DNA from: a virus
Lineage: Duplodnaviria; Heunggongvirae; Uroviricota; Caudoviricetes
IMG/VR virus record: IMGVR_UViG_3300022747_000014
Length of the DNA stretch: 34,323 nt
Strand: one strand, 5' to 3'
In this document: positions 32,604 to 34,323 of the stretch, piece after piece
Numbering within the stretch: position 1 is the stretch's first letter
Layout of the letters: each line of letters starts with the position of its first letter
The notes under the pieces: model-generated
Database searches by the model: none
What the model was told of the DNA's origin: nothing
What the model saw: only the letters and a program-made list of their open reading frames with translations
Translations under genes and position numbers: made by a program

Positions 32604-32680
32604 GCCCTGGTGGCGAAATTGGTAAACGCAGCGGTCTAAGAAGCCGTAAGCTGAGAGTTCGAGTCTCTCCCAGGGCACCA
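32604..32680 (+). tRNA. tRNA-Leu (AAG), short variable loop
   Basis: GCGGT-CTAAGAA-GCCGT, Leu-type D loop, T arm GAGAG-TTCGAGT-CTCTC, A73-CCA. Confidence 0.82.
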
Positions 32681-32696
32681 ATAAAGGAGTACAACT

Positions 32697-32762
32697 ATGG
32701 GCGCACTAATTGTAGTTTGTGTTATAATGTTTGTACTCTATGTAGTAATAAGGAAGCTATAA
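32697..32762 (+). CDS. 21-aa single-transmembrane micropeptide
   Basis: AAGGAG SD; MGALIVVCVIMFVLYVVIRKL; stop overlaps the phosphatase ATG (TAATG). Confidence 0.55.
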   Translation: MGALIVVCVIMFVLYVVIRKL

Positions 32763-33229
32763 TGTGGATTGAAAATGTAGCAGCAGCAGATGTACCGATG
32801 AAAATGCATCACGCTGCTGGCGAAAACAGCATGCTAATACAGATTATGGATCCTTGTCCAACATGGTGGCCTACACCTGCACATACTTTTAAAGAAGTAC
32901 ATCGATTTGAATTCCTGGATGCCGAGGATAAAGATGGGTTTCCGGCCGAAGCTAAAATTACAGACGAACAAGCAAATGAAATAGTCAAACTACTTCAACA
33001 TGCACTTGACAATAAAATGAATGTTGTAGTACACTGTATGGCAGGCTTATGTCGAAGTGGTGCAGTTGCAGAAGTTGGGGTTATGATGGGATTCGGCGAT
33101 ACAGAACGAACCCGCATACCTAACTTACGTGTAAAGCACAAGATGATGAAAGCCCTTGGATGGACTTACGACGAAAACGAACAACCAGACCCAGAGTCTT
33201 GGAGAACAATTCAATTTAGGAACATGTAA
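32762..33229 (+). CDS. protein-tyrosine/dual-specificity phosphatase family (CX5R)
   Basis: VVVHCMAGLCRSG signature, FLDAED acid loop; start reassigned to ATG 32762. Confidence 0.88.
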   Translation: MWIENVAAADVPMKMHHAAGENSMLIQIMDPCPTWWPTPAHTFKEVHRFEFLDAEDKDGFPAEAKITDEQANEIVKLLQHALDNKMNVVVHCMAGLCRSGAVAEVGVMMGFGDTERTRIPNLRVKHKMMKALGWTYDENEQPDPESWRTIQFRNM

Positions 33230-33303
33230 AATGAAAACTGGTAAACTCTAGTGTCAACGTTAGTCCATTTTGGTCTAGGGTTGGCACGTTAAACAAACAC
33301 CAA

Positions 33304-33379
33304 CCCTCTGTGGCGCAGTTGGTAGCGCAACGGACTCTTAATCCGCTGGTCGTCAGTTCGAATCTGACCGGAGGGACCA
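33304..33379 (+). tRNA. tRNA-Lys (CUU)
   Basis: Loop CTCTTAA, CCA. Confidence 0.92.
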
Positions 33380-33383
33380 ATTT

Positions 33384-33459
33384 GGAAGCATAACTCAATG
33401 GCTAGAGTACCCGGCTTTTAACCGGATAGTTGTGGGTTCGAGTCCCACTGCTTCTACCA
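33384..33459 (+). tRNA. tRNA-Lys (UUU)
   Basis: Loop CTTTTAA, CCA. Confidence 0.92.
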
Positions 33460-33539
33460 TATGTTAACACTCTTGCTCTACGGAGCCCCAGTTATCGTTC
33501 TAGACGTGGGATAACGGAAAAGTGTGTTAACATATGGTA
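33455..33539 (+). ncRNA. 3-way-junction RNA closed by a 16-bp IR that includes the tRNA-Lys ACCA
   Basis: TACCATATGTTAACAC/GTGTTAACATATGGTA; inner GCTC-TACG-GAGC (cUACGg) and GTTATC/GATAAC hairpins. Confidence 0.55.
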
Positions 33540-33540
33540 T

Positions 33541-33847
33541 CTAACCAGAAGGCTCAAACGTGGAGTGCCCGGTCATGACGACCAAATGTATGTTGTTTCT
33601 AGAGACAAACTACAACAACTCTTTGGCAGTTATCAGACTAAACTGCCACCATATGCAAACACATTACTTAAACCGCGGCTGATTTTAAAGTCGGATGATG
33701 GCGAAACTAATAGTGTGTTTACATATGGTAAAAACAGGAGTAATTACCCTGTCCATAATCGGGAGTCATGACCCGATGAACTCGTAGTCTTCTAATTGGT
33801 TAGGAAAGGCCCGTTATGGGGCTTAATGCAGGTTCGAGCCCTGCCTA
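33541..33847 (+). ncRNA. candidate large structured ncRNA with 3' T-arm
   Basis: Closed by CTAACCA-GAAGGCT/AGTCTTC-TGGTTAG; multiple 5-17 bp helices; complementary loops ATGAC/GTCAT; followed by GCAGG-TTCGAGC-CCTGC. Confidence 0.6.
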
Positions 33848-33858
33848 CAATGAGTTTG

Positions 33859-34288
33859 CATATAAAAACATTCTGATTGACTACACTGGAGTACATCGAG
33901 TAACCCTGATGTCGACTATACAGGTAAAAGTTGCCAGGAAGATGGGTCATCATTGTTTCGAGCACAGCAGAATGTTTTTATATGGCATAGTGTAATGAGA
34001 ATGCACGGGATCGCCACATAAGTCTTTGATCGAGCGGTGGAACAAGGTTCAGGTGTGGTAAAAACCCACAAGCCATATAAAAGGTAACTAACTTACGAAA
34101 TAAAAACGTCCGGCCGGCGCCTAAGTAGTTTGGAAGATTGGCGTGCCAAGTAGCAAGGAAAGGGTTTTCGCGACCAACGCCGGGCTAGCAACACAACATT
34201 CGTAGTTGTCTTTTATATGGTAATGCGTGAATTAGTAGCGTAATATCAAGTCGGCATGTGTGTCCACCGTGCATTAACCGACATAAAA
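33859..34288 (+). repeat. array of ~80-150 nt stem-closed modules linked by alternating CATATAAAA/TTTTATATG arms
   Basis: CATATAAAA at 33859 and 34074, TTTTATATG at 33976 and 34211, CATAAAA at 34282; 11-22 bp helices between neighbouring arms; no ORF. Confidence 0.6.
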
Positions 34289-34323
34289 TAAAGCCAGGAC
34301 GAATGCTGTCGTTAACGGTGGAG

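Noticed and set aside
32492-32761. 90-aa N-terminal extension of the phosphatase ORF
   Set aside because: It runs through two tRNA genes; the real start is ATG 32762. The same applies to ORF starts 25029 (use 25065), 1316 (use 1367) and 9357 (use 9384).
33430-33771. 113-aa ORF
   Set aside because: It starts inside tRNA-Lys, has no SD, and the region is better explained by extensive RNA pairing.
33859-34288. CRISPR array
   Set aside because: The repeats are only 9-11 nt, alternate in orientation and have 60-130 nt irregular spacers; no cas genes are in the window.

Overview
A ~34 kb segment of a large, AT-rich, T4-like (contractile-tailed) dsDNA phage. The host is probably a Proteobacterium, judging from the RpoZ-like protein and the ileX-like tRNA. 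1-16.1 kb is a late/morphogenesis module: dNMP kinase, 1138-aa tail sheath, tail tube, tube-fold baseplate protein, gp4 head-completion nuclease, probable small terminase, putative internal head proteins, an HNH and the large terminase. 16.3-26.6 kb is the gp32-uvsX-uvsY recombination module, interrupted by three radical-SAM genes and two stand-alone SPASM/twitch genes and followed by a methyltransferase, a nucleotidyltransferase-cupin fusion and a possible glycosyltransferase. 24.9-34.3 kb is a translation island with 27 recognisable tRNA genes, several of unusual type (Ile-UAU with a long variable arm, Leu-AAG and Leu-CAA with short arms, Arg-UCG). It also holds at least five non-canonical tRNA-like RNAs (two with the Ala G3.U70 identity element), several 75-320 nt highly paired ncRNA candidates, a homing HNH, and phage rpoZ, clpS and CX5R-phosphatase homologues. 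The strongest leads are a leader-peptide/terminator attenuator directly upstream of the main tRNA/ncRNA operon, the array of structured ncRNA cassettes with shared CATATAAAA/TTTTATATG arms, and TAAATA-N4/5-ATG leaderless late genes. All calls come from reading the sequence and recalling motifs. No database search, folding program or tRNA scanner was run.
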